A stretch of DNA of 64,000 nt from Candidatus Micrarchaeota archaeon (GTDB lineage: Archaea; Micrarchaeota; Micrarchaeia; Anstonellales; Bilamarchaeaceae): NCBI GenBank assembly GCA_023129075.1, contig JAGMCT010000001.1, forward strand, positions 2,099 through 66,098. The letters run 5' to 3'. Both the position numbers and the translations under genes were made by a program. The notes beneath the pieces are model-generated. The model was not told the DNA's origin. It saw only the letters and a program-made list of their open reading frames with translations, and searched no databases. This document shows, one piece after another, positions 62,615 through 64,000 of the stretch (within the stretch, counting starts at the first letter, position 1; each line of letters starts with the position of its first letter).

Positions 62615-64000
62615 ATGAAATTATTCAAGCAGAAAAAAGAGAAATTTTCCCTTCTTAATAAGAAAAAACTTGGAGAGATAATTTTTCCGGGGTTTACAAA
62701 CGAACAGCGTTCTGATTTGCTCGAATCATTGGAGCAACAGGATTTTTCTTCAAAGCATTTTGAAAGACTAAGAAAAATATCTCTTTTAGTTAAGGATACT
62801 CCGCTTTCAGAACCTACTTACTATTCTCTGTTTACCATCCTGAGCAAGCCCAATCTCAACCTCAGCCATTTGGAGTCATTTGAAAGGTTTTGCAGGTATA
62901 CAACAGGTCATTACGACCTTGAACAGAGAGAGGAACTGTTCGGAACATTTATGGATTTATTCTCAGCCAGCAGTTCCCCTCTGAAAAACCTTAATGATAT
63001 CATCAGAACTGCAAAGGAAAAGATAAGGGAGCGGGTTGATCCGGACCTTGCATTGAGAACTAATTTTATCAAGATATTTGATTTGCTTGAGAAGCACCCT
63101 GAAAGCGCTTCTATAGAACTAACCAAGGTTCACTCAAAGAATTATCGGGAGAAGGATAAGAATGCCATTCGTTTTGCTCTTGGAAGGGCCCTGGGCAAAA
63201 ACTACAATATAAAGGATGCAGTAAAGGGTTTTAGGGAGGTAATAGAAGAAAGGAATAAAAAACTCAGGAAAAGATTTTCAAAACAGGAAAAAGAACAGCT
63301 GATGAAACTCGTTTTTTTAGCGATTCCCGAATCTGTATGGGATTACCGAATCTCAGGTGGGTATGCTGTTGGCCCCTATCAGTTCACATGGGCCACTGCA
63401 GAAGGATACGGCCTTATAAAGGGAAAAGAGGATTTCCGCGGGGATATTTATATCTCTGCAAAAGCAGCCGCCAGCCATTTGATAGATAATCTGATTGAAC
63501 AGAAAAGAGACATGGGTCTTGCGATTGCGCGTTATAATTCCGGAATGCCTATAAAATACCGCAGAAACACTCTTAAAAATAAGAAAAAACCAACATATAA
63601 CGGATATCTTAACTACCTTAGAGACGAGGCACGCAAGATAATAAGAGGACCCAAGGATGTTATTGTTGTAGTAAAAAGAGGAGACAACCTTACAAAGATT
63701 CTGAATGATGCGGGAATAAAACCAACCTATGGAAAGGAAGGTTCCATTGAGAAGGTTAAAAACCGCAACAAAATGAGGACTTCCCAGTTAAGAATAGGCC
63801 AGCGAATTACCATTCCAAAAGAGCTTCTTTCTACGAAGGAAGAACCAGAGATTCTTGATTCCAGAAAAGCAGGGTATATAAGAGAAAACATTAACTATCC
63901 TCCGAAATACTATGCAGTTCTTGACATCCTGAAATCAGACTATCATGAATTCATAGATTTTGCATTTGGAAGAATAAACTACGATACCTTGGTAAAAGAA
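62615..64000 (+). CDS. Lytic transglycosylase (SLT) + LysM domain protein, 3'-truncated by the window edge
   Basis: Hand translation, open to the window end. It contains PESVWDYRISGGYAVGPYQF and IARYNSG (SLT E-S / G..Q / YN.G motifs), then VVVKRGDNLTKIL...LRIGQRITIP (LysM). Confidence 0.8.
   Translation, partial: MKLFKQKKEKFSLLNKKKLGEIIFPGFTNEQRSDLLESLEQQDFSSKHFERLRKISLLVKDTPLSEPTYYSLFTILSKPNLNLSHLESFERFCRYTTGHYDLEQREELFGTFMDLFSASSSPLKNLNDIIRTAKEKIRERVDPDLALRTNFIKIFDLLEKHPESASIELTKVHSKNYREKDKNAIRFALGRALGKNYNIKDAVKGFREVIEERNKKLRKRFSKQEKEQLMKLVFLAIPESVWDYRISGGYAVGPYQFTWATAEGYGLIKGKEDFRGDIYISAKAAASHLIDNLIEQKRDMGLAIARYNSGMPIKYRRNTLKNKKKPTYNGYLNYLRDEARKIIRGPKDVIVVVKRGDNLTKILNDAGIKPTYGKEGSIEKVKNRNKMRTSQLRIGQRITIPKELLSTKEEPEILDSRKAGYIRENINYPPKYYAVLDILKSDYHEFIDFAFGRINYDTLVKE

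Noticed and set aside
1-64000. Prophage, IS element, integrase or relaxase that would make the VirB-like operon part of a mobile element
   Set aside because: None of the translated ORFs shows tyrosine/serine recombinase, DDE transposase, relaxase, capsid or terminase motifs that I can recognise. Mobility of that locus is therefore not supported within this window.

Overview
Visibly AT-rich, very gene-dense archaeal chromosomal segment. Archaeal identity rests on aIF2-gamma, ribosomal protein S6e, FEN-1, aMBF1, archease, an archaeal-type PheRS beta subunit and a Hef-type helicase. The compact style (4-bp start/stop overlaps, convergent 3' overlaps, lysine-rich tails) resembles small-genome uncultivated archaea (DPANN-like; inference only). 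Housekeeping content: purine genes (purD, purF, purQ, a PurS-PurS-PurL fusion, purN), enolase, thioredoxin reductase, glutamine synthetase, FolC plus 5-formyl-THF cyclo-ligase, lower mevalonate pathway (MVD + PMK), IleRS, tRNA-Phe(GAA) and two Lrp/AsnC regulators. Accessory content: (1) a 0.3-9.8 kb surface-glycan island. Its right half is split into three small modules (HEPN-MNT toxin-antitoxin, orphan ATP-cone protein, YdeI-like protein), each delimited by a co-oriented ~100-bp repeat. (2) A 10.1-14.4 kb operon with VirB2-like, VirB6-like and split VirB3/VirB4-like components plus a wHTH protein. This is a candidate Ced/Ted-like, conjugation-derived pilus or DNA-transfer apparatus. It is preceded by three tandem hairpin repeats, and an orphan VirB11/FlaI-family ATPase lies 3.5 kb away. 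(3) Five identical copies of the 18-bp perfect palindrome ATGTAACTATAGTTACAT at transcription-unit boundaries between 30 and 50 kb. (4) An operon encoding a CorA-like protein (GMN motif lost), a PHP phosphoesterase and a 1223-aa surface protein. (5) A Cys-rich secreted-protein gene inserted into the purN 5' region with a 78-bp duplication. (6) A LysM + lytic-transglycosylase protein at the right edge. No rRNA, CRISPR array, transposase, integrase or relaxase was recognised.
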